64,000 bases of DNA from the human T2T-CHM13v2.0 reference genome, Homo sapiens: NCBI RefSeq assembly GCF_009914755.1, contig NC_060942.1; one strand, given 5' to 3'. The position numbers were made by a program, and so were the translations under genes. This document shows, piece by piece, positions 32,418 through 46,041 of this stretch (positions are counted from its first letter, which is position 1; each line of letters starts with the position of its first letter). The notes under the pieces are model-generated. The model was given only the letters and a program-made list of their open reading frames with translations, did not search any database and was not told the DNA's origin.

Positions 32418-33929
32418 AGACAGGGCTCAGAATTACTATCAGCTTGAGTACACATCCTGAACATTTTCAGCTATCTGGTCCAAGGCTAGGTCATCGATAA
32501 AGCTGAACACTCACAGTATCCACACAGCAGTTTAAAAATTGGGTAATTTGATAAAAGAATTAAGTCCTCATGGGAAAAGTCTGAAGCTTGTTGATCTTCC
32601 TCACACAAATATGTGCAGTTTGGTGGTGCTTTCATTTGGAATTCTATATGAAGTTAGAGGTAGAAAAACGTGAGTTTTCTCAGTAACTATGAGCCCTGAA
32701 GCTTCTGTTCTGATTGGAATATAGCAGAAGACCTAGAATTGAAAATGTCTGGAATTGCAAGTTCTCTGAATTAGCACTCAGACTTCATTTTTGTTTCATC
32801 CACCATTAGACTAGCCATCTTCATTTTGTTTCTTAGATTAACTGCAACAAATCAAAGGCAGTGAGAGGTGAAGTTTCTTGGTGATTTTCCTTCTGACAAC
32901 AGTCACATGCACAGCAGAGAGCTTGAGAGTGATTAGGAGACAGCAAAGCTGTTGACAAAGGCAGAATTTTATAGGAAGAGCAGTTTGGGACTATTTATGA
33001 TACAGGTTAAGTGGCATTGCTTACCTCTGTGGTATCACAGAGCATTGCAGCATCAAAAAAAGGTTACCTCTTATTGAGAATACGCACTTTAATCACATAA
33101 AATATGTTATACATTACTTTTTCAATGGTAGAAATAACACTTTTAAAAATTAGTTCTAGGGTTGTGCTTTAGATTTCATGAAAAATTAACTTATATATAT
33201 CTCATATATTAATTAATACAGGTTAGTATTAGAGTAACATAGTTCATTTGGCAGGGGAAGGATCAAACAGGGAAGGATTTCTACAGAACAGAGGACAAGA
33301 AGGTGCACCTTTCACCTCCATCTGTGGGACAGGCCATGTGAAAGCACGCCTGCCACTGTCCTCACTTGACTCCAGCTGCCTTGCCTCCTTTGCTTCTGAA
33401 GTTCCTGTCCCTGCCACTTCTAATATCAAACCCATCACCAAATGGTCTGTCCTGTGTGTGGCTGTCTTCTCCCCTCAGCAGCTCTGGGAAATTCTCCTGA
33501 GGGCAAAGCATTGCCTGTTCTGGAAGATACCATCCATCCTGCAGATCCTGAGCCTGGTGGCCTCTGAAGCCCCACTGCTCTCCTCTGTCCCTTTCACCTT
33601 TCACCCCATTCAAGTCACCCTCCAACTTAGTGGGGACTTACAATCAGGATGTGCTTCTCCTTTAAGCTGATTTTTAGCTATTAAAAATGAATGAACTTGC
33701 AAATTATGTTTCTTTTATTCCTACTGGGGTTGCCACTCTTCCATTGCTGGCATCTTGGCTGATGGGAGGATGACATTTCCCAGTGACTGGGTCTGCTTTC
33801 ACATTCATCTGCAGAATGAGGTGGTGTTTGCCTCCCTCAGGTCTTTGACTTGGGGCTATAATAACAGCACCATTGCTTGATGTCTTGCTTTGGTTTTGGT
33901 TTTCCCCATAGTCCAAAAGCATGGGGAAA

Positions 33930-33932
<3 letters not shown>

Positions 33933-34006
<74 letters not shown>

Positions 34007-34023
34007 GTCTCTGTCTCTCTCTC
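33933..34023. repeat. Compound microsatellite (CA)20(CT)15 with degenerate CT tail, in MC2R 3'UTR
   Basis: Read directly from the sequence. Confidence 0.95.
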
Positions 34024-34641
34024 TTTATTTCTTAAAATACATGTTGGGGCTCTTTTCTTGTACTTCTACATTGTAACACACATAGTTTGGTTACAGCTTC
34101 TTCAAATAGTGACAATTTTCATCTGGCCTTTATGTATTCCCACATGGGAACTAAATGGATTAAATTTTCATTTCTTCCTTTGAAATGTATGCTCATAAAG
34201 CATGAGGAAATGTAACAGGAAAGGGTTTTAAGGCCAGTGGGATACTGAGTGAGCAAAGAAGACTAACAGAGAAGGTCCATTTATCATTGGAAACTCGAAG
34301 CTCGTTATTTGACATTTATAGTTTATACTCAGCCTACTTTCTGAAACTGAGGTGGCATCAATACATCAGACTAACAGGGAGAAAGAGGAGGGTGGAGATT
34401 CCACATGGCTGTGGGAGACAGACAAATTCAGCTGCAGCAATGCATTCCTTCCAATTTATTATTGGCTTACAGAGACCCTACATCTTCTGCCTGGAGTCGC
34501 ATGTCCAGGTACTTAACTTCTGGAAATTGGCTGCAATGGCCTCCACCTGGAAAGGCCACCTCAGAACTGGCTTGTTAGATGTCCACAGGAAAGCAAGTCT
34601 TTGCCTTAGCCCAAAGCCCTTGAATTTTTATTGCTGTTTTA

Positions 34642-34722
34642 CTAGATTGGTGCAAAAGTAATTGCAATTTTTGGTCATTGAAAGTAATGGCAAAAACCTT
34701 AATTACTTTTGTACCTACCTAA
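34642..34722. mobile_element. MADE1 (Hsmar1-derived MITE) in MC2R 3'UTR
   Basis: 81 bp imperfect palindrome ctagattggtgcaaaagtaattgc...aattacttttgtacctacctaa, flanked by TA at 34640-41 and 34723-24. Confidence 0.92.
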
Positions 34723-34969
34723 TACTTTGTATTCTATCCTTCTTTTACTACATCGTTTTATCTGTCCAGTCACAAAGTTAAGAGGTTGCCCCTACAATAA
34801 GACTGTTCACATAGAACCTAGCTATTAGAAACACTAGCTGGTGGGATCATCCTTGCATCCATTAGGGAAGGAAGGCCAGTGAGGAGCACTGGCATTTGTT
34901 GGAATGTTACACTATTCTGGCACTTGGCAACGTTATTCCCATGGATTCTAAAACCAGGGATCAGCCATT

Positions 34970-35991
<1,022 letters not shown>

Positions 35992-36087
35992 CTAAAAGGG
36001 AGTATACAGAAATATTAGTTGCAAAGTACACTAGAAAATAAAAACCAGCCACACTCGCTTAAAGAAACTCTATTCCCTCCATAAAAT

Positions 36088-36575
36088 ATAAAGAAATCAG
36101 TATATTAGAAGGAGCCTGCACATGTATGTTTATTGCAGCACTAGTGACAATAGCAAAGATATGGAATCAACTAAAGTGTTCATCAATGGGTGAATGGATA
36201 AAGAAAATGTGGTACATATACACAATGGAGTACTCCCCAGCTATCAAAAAGAATAAGGTCATGTCTTTTGCAGCAACATGGATGGAAGTGGAGGCCATTA
36301 TCAAAGTGAAATAACTCAGAAAGAGGAAGTCAAATACTACATGTTCTCACTTATATGTGGGAGCTAAATAATGCATACACGTGGATATAGAGTGTGGAAT
36401 GGACATTGGAGACTCGGAAGGGTGGGAGGGGGCGGGTGATGAGAAATTACCCTATGGGTAACACGTATGTTATTCTGATGACAGATACACTAAAAGCCCA
36501 GGCTTCACCACTACACGGTATATCCATGTAACAAAATGGCACTTTTGTACCCCTTACATTTATAAAAATATATAT
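36088..36575 (+). mobile_element. L1PB/L1MA 3' end fragment
   Basis: ORF 36126-36314 MFIAALVTIAKIWNQ..WIKKMWYIYTMEY, followed by an L1 3'UTR. Confidence 0.85.
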
Positions 36576-37469
36576 AAAGTGTTGTAATTTAGGTAAAATA
36601 ATATACTGGGCCCTCATCTTAAGCACTTTGTGAGAAAAAGCTTTAGTGGAATTTTGAGCCGAGAGATGATAGCAAAGATTATTCTTTGCCGCCCCACTTT
36701 CCCTCCCATCCTTCTCGTGAACACACGTGAGTGTGGGATGAACAGATGAACAGCAGCGGTGCCCTTGATGAAAAAAGAGGTAAAGCAAGGAAAGGTCCAT
36801 GTGGGAGCAGGAGAGCCCACAGCTGCCTTCTCTGACTGGGAGGCGGTGGCTGGGCTCGGTGGACTCGGGAGATGTTTAGTCCATTCCTTCTCACTGCTCG
36901 TCTCCCTGGGTCACTGCCTGACCCCACAGCCTGTGGGATAACGGTAAAGGTGCTGATGTATCATTCCCAAAGATGACTATACAATGAGCGTCAGCACTTC
37001 TGTTTCAAAGGTGGAGCTCCTGGGACTGGCATTTCTGGAGACTTCTTATTTTCTGTGTCTCTGGGGTGAAGGCGGACTGCGGCAGTGCACCAGTGGGGAA
37101 AGCCAGCACCACGTGGCGAGGAAGACACTTCCTAGGGAGGACAAATTTGGGAGCACAGCCTATGATCTGAAGTCCACGGGGAGCCCATCACGGCCTCACT
37201 CTAGGGACTTGTCTGGAAAGGAACTAATTACCTTGGAAAGGATTGGGTCAGAGGTCAAGTGTTCAGAAGGAGGTTTGTGGGTCCGGTGGATGCGGAAGGA
37301 AGGGGTTGACAGGGCGTAGCTGCTGTGAGGGTTCTGCCTGGAATGGCCAATTTACCTTGTTTGCCTGAAACATGGACAGGGTTTAAAAGCCAGAAGTTCT
37401 GCATCTCAGGAACCACCTCAGTCCTGGGCAGACAGGGATGAGTCACCTTCGTGCCTCCTGCCCAGGCCC

Positions 37470-37840
37470 GGGGAAGCCTGTGTGCTGTGTCCCACCTGCT
37501 GGGGAAGCCTCGGGGATGGGAGGGGAAGCCTGTGTGCTGTGTCCCACCTGCTGGGGAAGCCTCGGGGATGGGAGGGGAAGCCTGTGTGCTGTGTCCCACC
37601 TGCTGGGGAAGCCTCAGGGATGGGAGGGGGCCTGTGTGCTGTGTCCCACCTGCTGGGAAAGCCTCAGGGATGGCAGGGGAAGCCTGTGTGCTGTGTCCCA
37701 CCTGCTGGGGAAGCCTCGGGGATGGCAGGGGAAGCCTGTGTGCTGTGTCCCACCTGCTGGGGAAGCCTCAGGGATGGGAGGGGTCCTGTGTGCTGTGCCC
37801 CACCTGCTGGGGAAGCATCGGTGATGGGAGGGGGCCTGTG
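37470..37840 (+). repeat. GC-rich VNTR, 50-52 bp unit, ~7 copies
   Basis: cctgtgtgctgtgtcccacctgctggggaagcctc(g/a)gggatgg recurs at 37477, 37529, 37581, 37631, 37683, 37735 and 37785. Confidence 0.95.
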
Positions 37841-38319
37841 GTGGTTGGTGTTCATGTTTCAGCCTGACTGAGTTTCAGGGTGCCAGGTATGTGGTGAGAC
37901 AGTGTTCTAGGTGTGTCTGAGGGTGTTTCTGGGTGAGATGCACATTTGAACAGGTTACTGAGTAAAACAGAGGCCCTCTGGGATGGGGGAGGGCCTTGTC
38001 CAATCAGCAGAAAGCCTGAGGATAACAGACCAGCTCCTCAACGACCTGGGGGGCTCCTCCTGCCTGACTGCCTGATGGAGACACTGGTCTCTTCCTGCCT
38101 TCGGACTAGCACAGAAGTGTGAGCTCCTCTTAGGTCTCACGTCTGCTGGCTTTCAGACCAGAACACATCATCTACTCTCCTGGGTCTCCAGCTTGCTGAG
38201 TGTAGAGCTTGGGACTGCGCAGCCCCATAACTGTGTGTGCCAATTCCTTATAGTAAATCTTTTATGTCTCTACCCATCTCCTGCTGTTTATTTTCCTCTT
38301 CAGAATCCTGGTTAATACA
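37837..38319 (+). mobile_element. MLT2 (ERVL) solo LTR
   Basis: tgtggtggtt...gggtgtttctgggtgagat...actgagtaaaacaga...ggttaataca; flanked by GGGGCC on both sides. Confidence 0.78.
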
Positions 38320-39441
38320 GGGGCCAACACCTGTGGCCAGCATGGGCCATGTATGGAGACTCTGCTGGGACAGATACTCCCATCTCATGAGTCCATTAAA
38401 TGTAATCAGAATTAGTATATATTTCCAATTTCAGATGCATTTGATGGTAAAATTCATAAAAAAAAAAAGACATGTTGAAAGTGGTTGTAATATTTTTTTA
38501 GAAACAGGTGGTTTGGGAGCCCAGCTTCAGTTGCTGTGCATTGCTGACCTGCAGCTGCCAATCCTATAAATCCATGGGGAGCCCTGAATTTGGACAGATA
38601 CACAGTGTGCCCATGGGGTCCCTTCAAAAGGCCACCAATCAAGCATTGCTACTGCACGTTTGTGGATGCTGCCAAGCTGGTGGTGGGGGCTGCAGGTGGT
38701 GTGTGGCCCCATTCTTGGTTGAAGGGCCAGTGACACGAATTGGTGGCCTTTATGAGTGCTCAGCATGCCATGGGCACCACCTAATTCTCCAGATGCATTC
38801 ACTCACTCAACCCCCAGAGGAAGCTACCCCAGAAAGGTTGGGCAAACGCCCAAAGCCACAGTCTGGAGAGGATACAGCAGAGCCCGCCTTGTGACCACCA
38901 TGTCACACTCCTTTCACAAGTGGCAAGGGTAATAACAACAGATGCAAGAGACCAGACACAGCACCCCCTACTCCAACACAAACTGCAATAAAATTGACAG
39001 CAGTCACTTTCCTCTCGACTTGGCCTTTCTCAGTGCCAAGTAGGATTTGTAAATTCTGCTGCATTGCTATGCTCCTGTTGTTCCTGCTTAGAGATTGCCT
39101 GTAGAACACACTAAATGACAATTAGAAGAAGCAAAACTCACTCCATTTAAACTTCACAAGGACCTGCTGTGAGGTGGCGTCAATGATCCAAATATTTCAA
39201 CAATGTCTTTGGCTTAAAGAACTTGGATAGGGGTCTGCACCTGCCATATGTCTGGCTCTCATCCATTCAAAGCCGTCTGCTGTCCTCTCCCATTTGCTTT
39301 TTTGTGTCTTGATTTCTTCACTGCAAACAACACAGGTCTAGAGCCCTTCCACCTCCTTCCAGGGTTTGTGGTTTGCTGGGCAATAAATGTCCACCCTTCA
39401 ATTCCATGCTGCTTTCCTCTGTCCATACCCTATTGAAACCT

Positions 39442-39526
39442 GTCTCAAGCTCCTGGGCTCAAGGCATCCTCCCACTTTAGCTTCCCAAGGCACTGGGGAT
39501 TACAGATATGAACCATCCCACCTGGC
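39442..39526 (-). mobile_element. Alu left-arm fragment
   Basis: ctcctgggctcaagg...ggattacagat. Confidence 0.6.
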
Positions 39527-40099
39527 AGAGTGATCTTTAAATCTCATTCTTTCTTATGTTATTGGAACCTCTGGAGTTAACTCCTGGCCCGAAGACCAAG
39601 CTCCATCACCTTGAGCTTGCAGTAAACAAGGTCTTAGAAGGCTCTAACTCTGCAGTGCTCCCCAGGAGGCAGAGATGGGGTGGTGGATGAGAAAGGAGAA
39701 AAGAGACAAGTTTTTCATAGCTTTATAATCTGTACCCAGAAAGAAACTTGGTTGATTCGTTTGCCTGAAGGCGTAGGTCTTGGCAGGCAGAGCAGACAAT
39801 TGGGGTAGTTATAACTGTTCAAGGGACTGCAAGGAAAAGCAAAACCGACTTTTGTTTTTTGGCTGGGAGGGGCGCACAAATCATCGAGTTAACAGCATCA
39901 CAGGGCACAAGAACATGGCCCCGGATAACTCAAATGTGGCCCCAAATGTGGCTCACTCTGTTAGATGCTCTTTGGAAAGTCCAGGGAGCATGGGCCTAAA
40001 GTGAGATTTTTATATTGATCATCATCTTTGACCAAAAAAAATATATATAGTTTTTATATTTTTTAAAGGCTCCAAGGGTAAGGAGAAGGCTCTATTATG

Positions 40100-40330
40100 T
40101 GTTAAATTCTTGTTATGTGCCAGCTGGTCTTGTGTCCTGTGCTGTGCATGGTGGGTCTCATTTTAATCCTCTTGTTGACAATACAAGGGAGTCCTATTCT
40201 CTCTGACTCACCCCTGATCTGACTCACCCCTGAGGAGTTGAGGCCCAGAGACCAAGAGACCGGTCTAAAGTCCCACAGGCTTTGTGTTGCACAGCTGGGA
40301 TTTAAATCAAGATCTGTTTGGCTCCAAAAA
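40100..40330 (-). mobile_element. MIR
   Basis: tatgtgccag...tctcattttaatcctc...gaggcccagaga...ctgggatttaaatc. Confidence 0.6.
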
Positions 40331-41609
40331 TGATTAATCTTAGCGCTTCCATGAATATTCATTTGATAAGGAAGTTTTAATGGCTTTAGTAAAAAAATGA
40401 ACACAAAATAACTTAACAATCTTAAACCTCTGTATCTGACCAAATCAGGATGGTTTTAAATCTTTCTGTTCTCTAAATTTCATTTAGAGAAAAATCTCTC
40501 TGAAATTTAGAGAACAGCAAGACCTGTAGACACCACTTGTGGTTTAGGAAGGGAGTTAATGCTACAGAAAGCCTTTGAGCAGCAGGGCTGCAGGCGTCCT
40601 GGGGCCCATGGGCTGTGTTTTTGGGGTTCCGTGGATCTTGCTGAAGATAAGTTAGCAACACTGTGCCGCTTTCCTCTGCGCTGCTGGGTGTTTTCTCGGA
40701 TTGCTCTTCTGGAGAAGAGCTGGGGAAGGAGGACTGAGTGGCTGAGTACTGTTTACCAGGGGCTTTCAGGCTTTTCTAGAGGGCAGTCCTGTAATCCAGG
40801 CTTTAGAGAGAGCCAGTGTAGGACTGTGCTCCTGAGCTCTGGGTTCTGGTGGTGGGAGCTGTCACGCGGCTGGGGCTGATCTGCACGTGTCGGGGTGAGG
40901 TTCTGGGACCAGCTCTGAGTGAATCAGGAGCTCCTCTCCGCGTCCCAGCTTCTGTGCTGCCTTTTTTCTTTGTTTTCACTAGATGCATTTAAGATTTTTA
41001 TGTCACTCGTTGCATAAGTTGTACGGCCCAATACACTTATGTCTGTGTGTCTGTATGTGTGGATATGTATGAATAGTACAAAGGCTCCCTCCCCATGCTT
41101 TATCCAACGGTCCCATCGCCACCTTCAGAAGTCCGGTCTCCTTCTGGAATTTCTTTATGCATACACCAGCAAACATGAATATCCATGTCTTCTCTCAGTC
41201 GTTAGGGTTTCTGGGAAGCAATTGCTGAGATGATGGGATTAGCAATGCCTGTCAAGGATGAAGAGGAGCCTGCAGACTGGAGGCAGGCATGACTCCTGGG
41301 CACACAAGGAGGAAGAGGATTGAGTAGGGCGGGTCTCAGACTGCAGCACAGTTCTGAGAACATTTCATCTGGCCATGGGGAGGCTTCAAGCCAAAGCTGC
41401 CCATGAATATTGGTGGGGGAGGGATTTGGAAAACTGGGCTGTCAACTCTTTTCTAATGGCAGGAAAGCTGAGTGGCTCACGTCCACGGCCAGCATGCCTC
41501 CGCTTCCTGTGTATTCAAAGAGAGTATATTGTATATCATGTCTGTACCTTGCTCTTATCTTGGAGGCTTTCCAAAAAGTAGATGGATCACTTCCTCCTCC
41601 CTCTTCTTT

Positions 41610-41970
41610 CTTTCCTTCTTCCACTGCATGGTATTCCATTGTATGGATGTATCCCAAGTTATTTAATCTATTCTGTATTGATAGTTATTTGGTTTCCAAT
41701 ATTTTGCTGTGTAAATAATGCTATAATGCATAATCATCTACGTATATAGTTTTGTGTGAACCTACATGAGGAGGATAATTTTACAAAAATGGAATTGTTG
41801 AGGGCAAATGTGTATGCATGGGTGGTTGTGATAGATGTTGTCAGGCTGCCTTCCATAGGGGCTATCCTGGTTGACATCCTCACCAGCAATGCCTGAGTGC
41901 CTGCCCCTTCCCTAGCCTCTTCAGTGCAAAGTGCTGTCAGGCTTTTGGATTATTGCCAATACACATCTGG
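41610..41970 (-). mobile_element. L1ME-like fragment
   Basis: ctgcatggtattccattgtatggatgta...caccagcaatg. Confidence 0.65.
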
Positions 41971-43148
41971 GGACTGTTTCAGCATCTTACTTTGGTCTAT
42001 ATTCTTGCTGTGGAGTCTGTGAGCCCTCCTTTTGGTGGCTTTGACATTCCAGTTGGGGCAATCACACTGCCATTCCTGCAGGCTCACAGCATTTTGGCCC
42101 TTCGGGTCTTGGCCTCTTACTTGTTTCAGTGCCCAGGAACACATCTGACCCATCCCACCTCAACATTTGACAGAGGGAGGGAGTGGCATTTTCTCTTTGT
42201 GCATGACCTGTCTTTATTACTGATTAGTGCTTCTATTTCTTGGTCCTGAATTCAAACAGAGAAGAAAAAGACTGGAAAAACTAAGCAGCAAAATAAGCTA
42301 AAGATGATCTAATAAAGAAGAGATAAAAAATGGGAAACAGGATGCAGTAGTCAAGTACAAACAAACACACAGGGCCAGGCAGGGTTTTGCATAATTTAAA
42401 AGGGCCAGTGGTGGCCTGTGTCCTGAGAGGACCAGAGTCTGGGGTCAATTCAGGGGCCCTTCACCATCATGCAGGGTCGTGCTGGGGGCTAGGGAATGGA
42501 TGACTCCCTCTCGCTGATGGTTCAGAGCCCCTGTGGCAGCTTTTAAGGATGTTGCATATTCCTCTGGTGGCAAGTCAGAATGAAGGTGGTCTGAATGTTG
42601 AAAGCCACCCTCTGAAAGGGGAAGAGTTATTGTGACTTTTGCTAGAGATTACTGGCTTTGACTCAAACTTAGAAAACAGAGGATGAAGTATGGTGGGGGG
42701 CGGGTGGGAAGATGTGAGCCCTCAATAAGCCTGTAGGACTGGCTGCCCCTTTCCCTTGAGGGCCTACCCGTCCCTCCCCACCGGCACCCATCCCTGTTCA
42801 GCACAGGCCTCTGGGCAGGGTCTGGTGGTGGTTGGAGCATGGGTGGCGGATGAGCCCAGCTCACCTTGGCTCATGTGCCTTCCTTTTCTGCCAGGGCACC
42901 CCTTCACTCCTAGATGCTTGGCTTGAACAGCGTAGAACAATTTGAAGGACTTGTAATAAAAGTGACAATAAATGAACTTTTTTTTTTCTTCAGACAGGGT
43001 CAGAATAATATTTGGCCAAATGTCTTGACACCCCATGGTTCAGTCAAGTTGAGATAAAATTAACCATGACAATAAAGAAAAAAAGAGAGCTATTAACCTT
43101 ATTTTGAAAGAGAGATACAGAAATAGAGATGGAGATAGACATAATCTG

Positions 43149-43150
<2 letters not shown>

Positions 43151-43187
<37 letters not shown>

Positions 43188-43332
43188 ACACACACACATC
43201 TGTTGCCCAGGCTGGAATACAGTGGTGTGGTCATGGCTCACTGCAGCCTCAACCTCCCGGGCTCAAGTGATTGTCTCGCCTCAGCTTCCCAGTGTGCTGG
43301 GATTACAGGCGTGAGTCACTATGCCTTGCCCC
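43151..43332 (-). mobile_element. (CA)n run fused to an internally deleted or monomeric Alu
   Basis: tgttgcccaggctggaatacagtgg...gctgggattacaggcgtgag. Confidence 0.8.
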
Positions 43333-44467
43333 AAATGAACAATTTGCAAAGATTCTTGTGCTTGTTTTGGTGCCTTTTCATAACAGATCTCAATCTTCAG
43401 TTCATGTGCAGTGAACTATTTTCTCCTTCAGGAGCCCCCACTGAATATCCTCTTTTTAGACATGCATACGATTGATTGCTGTGAAATTCTTTGTGATGGC
43501 TTCCACCCAATTTCTTATTTGGTTGAATTCTGAACGACATCCGGAAGTTTATATGTCTGCATGATTCACAAGTAGTCCTGAATCAAGCATTTGTCTTGTT
43601 ATCCACTGTGGCGTGGGGTGGCGAGATGGCTAATATGGAAGAGTATGAGTATTGATAGTGAAAGTCAGAGAGTAATTTTTTACCACTGTGCCTTTTGGTT
43701 TTTTAGACTCATCTGAAGTGCAGATCTTCTGCTTTGAAGCTGGTTGATGTGCTTGCTTTGAGTGCTTATGAGTATTCATACAAGCTGTGAAGTAGAAGGG
43801 TCTTGAAGGTGCCCAAGCTCATCAGGTTGTGCTGCTAAGAATTCTTTCACTAAGGGATTTATTTTTTGCTTGTCTTACCCTCCACATGAAAAAAAGTCTT
43901 TATATTAATCACCAAGCTTTCACTTCCCTCTTGAGGTAATGGAGATCTCAGCCGGCCCAGCTGTCGCCTGTGCCTGCCCAGTCACTGTTAGTTACTTTGG
44001 GGTTTGTGTTGCTTGCTGGCTAGAGGGAAGCTCGACTGAAATCAATAACAAAAGAGAAGATTTTGAAGTTGTAGACAGCACTCAATGGATATGGATTTTT
44101 CTCAAATTATATAGTACAATGCAGAGGGTGAAGATGAATCACTGACGTGGAGAGGCTGAGTCTGCAGATATTCAGCTCTGTGATTGCATTTAACTGTATT
44201 GCACAGGAGTGATACTCTGTTATGGAAAGGAGCTGAATCTGTTCTAAGAATAGATTTGAGGTTGTTCACCAGAGGGATGGCCTAAGCAATATTACATTGG
44301 ATCCCAACACCTCTTCATGAGGAGGCACTGGCTTCTGGAAGTTTATATTTGAGTGATAATAAATCTCTGTGTCTCACCTCTGCTCACTCATCTTTCTCCT
44401 TAAAAAGATTCTGATATTTCCTGGAAATTTTTCAATAGTTTTGGAAGAGAAATGAGAAATAGAAGCA

Positions 44468-44468
44468 T

Positions 44469-44499
<31 letters not shown>

Positions 44500-44526
44500 C
44501 GTGCATGTGTGTGTGAGAGAGAGAGA
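44468..44526. repeat. (TG)n(GA)n microsatellite
   Basis: Read directly from the sequence. Confidence 0.85.
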
Positions 44527-46033
44527 GGATGTATCAATATCAAACTAAAGTTTGATTAGTGACAGGTGACCTTTTGTTCTTTAATTTTCTTTTCTATTTC
44601 TTCCCACAACATAGCTGTGAGACAGGCGATCTTTTGGGTATTACTAGAGAGTCTCATATCCAATTTATCCCAAACATATGAGAGCTTTTCGTGGAAGTTA
44701 ATTTTTGCTTTGGTCTAAGAGAAGTAATCATTGAAATCCAGAAGCAGCATCAAAGAGGTAGACCTCCCTAACTATGGTTGTCTTCACGTACATGTAAATA
44801 AATGAAGATAACAACACTCAGTGCATAGATTTTACAGGCTGTGGTCTGGATTCTATGCGATAACGTATGTAAATTACCAGCCCAGATCCTGGAACACAGT
44901 GTGGGTTCAATAAAGGAAATTATTCTTCAATTAGTTTTCATTGCCTAAAGTATAAAATTCTATTAAAATAAAACTTGGCACTTACAGCTCTGTACAATCT
45001 GTTTCCATGCTGTTTTCTCACTGTATTTTCTAGCATTCTCCTGTGTAGAACACGCATTCCAGCTGGCCCAGGCCTCTTATTGTCTCTAAGATGCCTTGCT
45101 CATTTTTGCCTGTCACATTTTTTAGTACTGCTCTCCCTCTGAACTTTTCGAATCTTTCCTCTGTCTAAATCATATATTTGTTTAAGCCCAAACAAGATCA
45201 AATGTTTTGAAGGTCTCTGGCTCCATATCAACCCACGCGACCTGTCTGTGCCATCACAACACCACAGCGTGTTTTGTTCTTGGCTTGCGTGTGGCAGGCG
45301 ACACTCTCTGCTCTTGGGAAAAGTCTGCTTTAAGTGTAGATGTCTTGTCTCCTGAGCAGCCGGGCAGTGCCCTGAAAGGTTGGCAAATTTGACACCCTCT
45401 TCTTTGTATCTTCCCGGGTAACTGAGGTGCACGGTAATAATTTATGGATGCCTTGGGATGTGACAATCAGCAACTTGAACAACCCAGGGTAATCTGAATG
45501 ATTCACAGCCTGTGCTTCTAAACAAATATGTTTGGGGGAGATATAAAGCATACAAGAAACAGAGTTAGTGGTTTAATTTCATCATATATCAGAGCTTACA
45601 TTTCAGTGGATAATACTTGAGTTAAAATTTTATGGGAAAATAAGTGTTTCTTCTAGAGATCAAAATGTTGCCTTCCTCTTCTTTCAAAGTAGTACCAGAA
45701 AAATGGACAGCCTTCACTCTCCTCCTAGACAGGGGGAAGTGTCAAGTTCTGCAGAGTCCCTGAAAACAGCTTTATTTACAAGAGCAGTACTTGCAGGGTC
45801 AGAAGTCTCCAGGTGGTGAGGGCAGGAAATGATGGGACCTTCGTGCAAGAGAGTCAGGAGAGGTTTTTATTCAGCAGGAAGGGGCAGGCAAGGACCCTCT
45901 GCCTGTAGAAAGCAGCTGAAATCAGACCTCTTAGTTTCTGAATGTCGAAAAAGAAAAAAAAGCTCAACTTTTGAGAATATTTACTCTCAGGAAGGGGAGT
46001 GGATACAGTCTACCTCCAGGAAGGGTGGGGAGG

Positions 46034-46041
46034 TGACGTCA
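46034..46041. promoter_or_regulatory. Palindromic CRE (TGACGTCA), candidate site
   Basis: Exact consensus match; function not shown. Confidence 0.35.

Larger units (their letters stand above)
32390..34969 (-). other. MC2R: MC2R long 3'UTR (3' end approximate)
   Basis: Largely repeat-poor sequence downstream of the stop codon, ending near a minus-strand AATAAA; length consistent with the recalled ~3.6 kb mRNA. Confidence 0.7.

Noticed and set aside
37470-37840. CRISPR-like appearance of the repeats
   Set aside because: Head-to-tail units with no unique spacers, no cas genes, and the DNA is primate
37255-37871. Several 128-148 aa repetitive ORFs in multiple frames
   Set aside because: Translations of the stop-free VNTR
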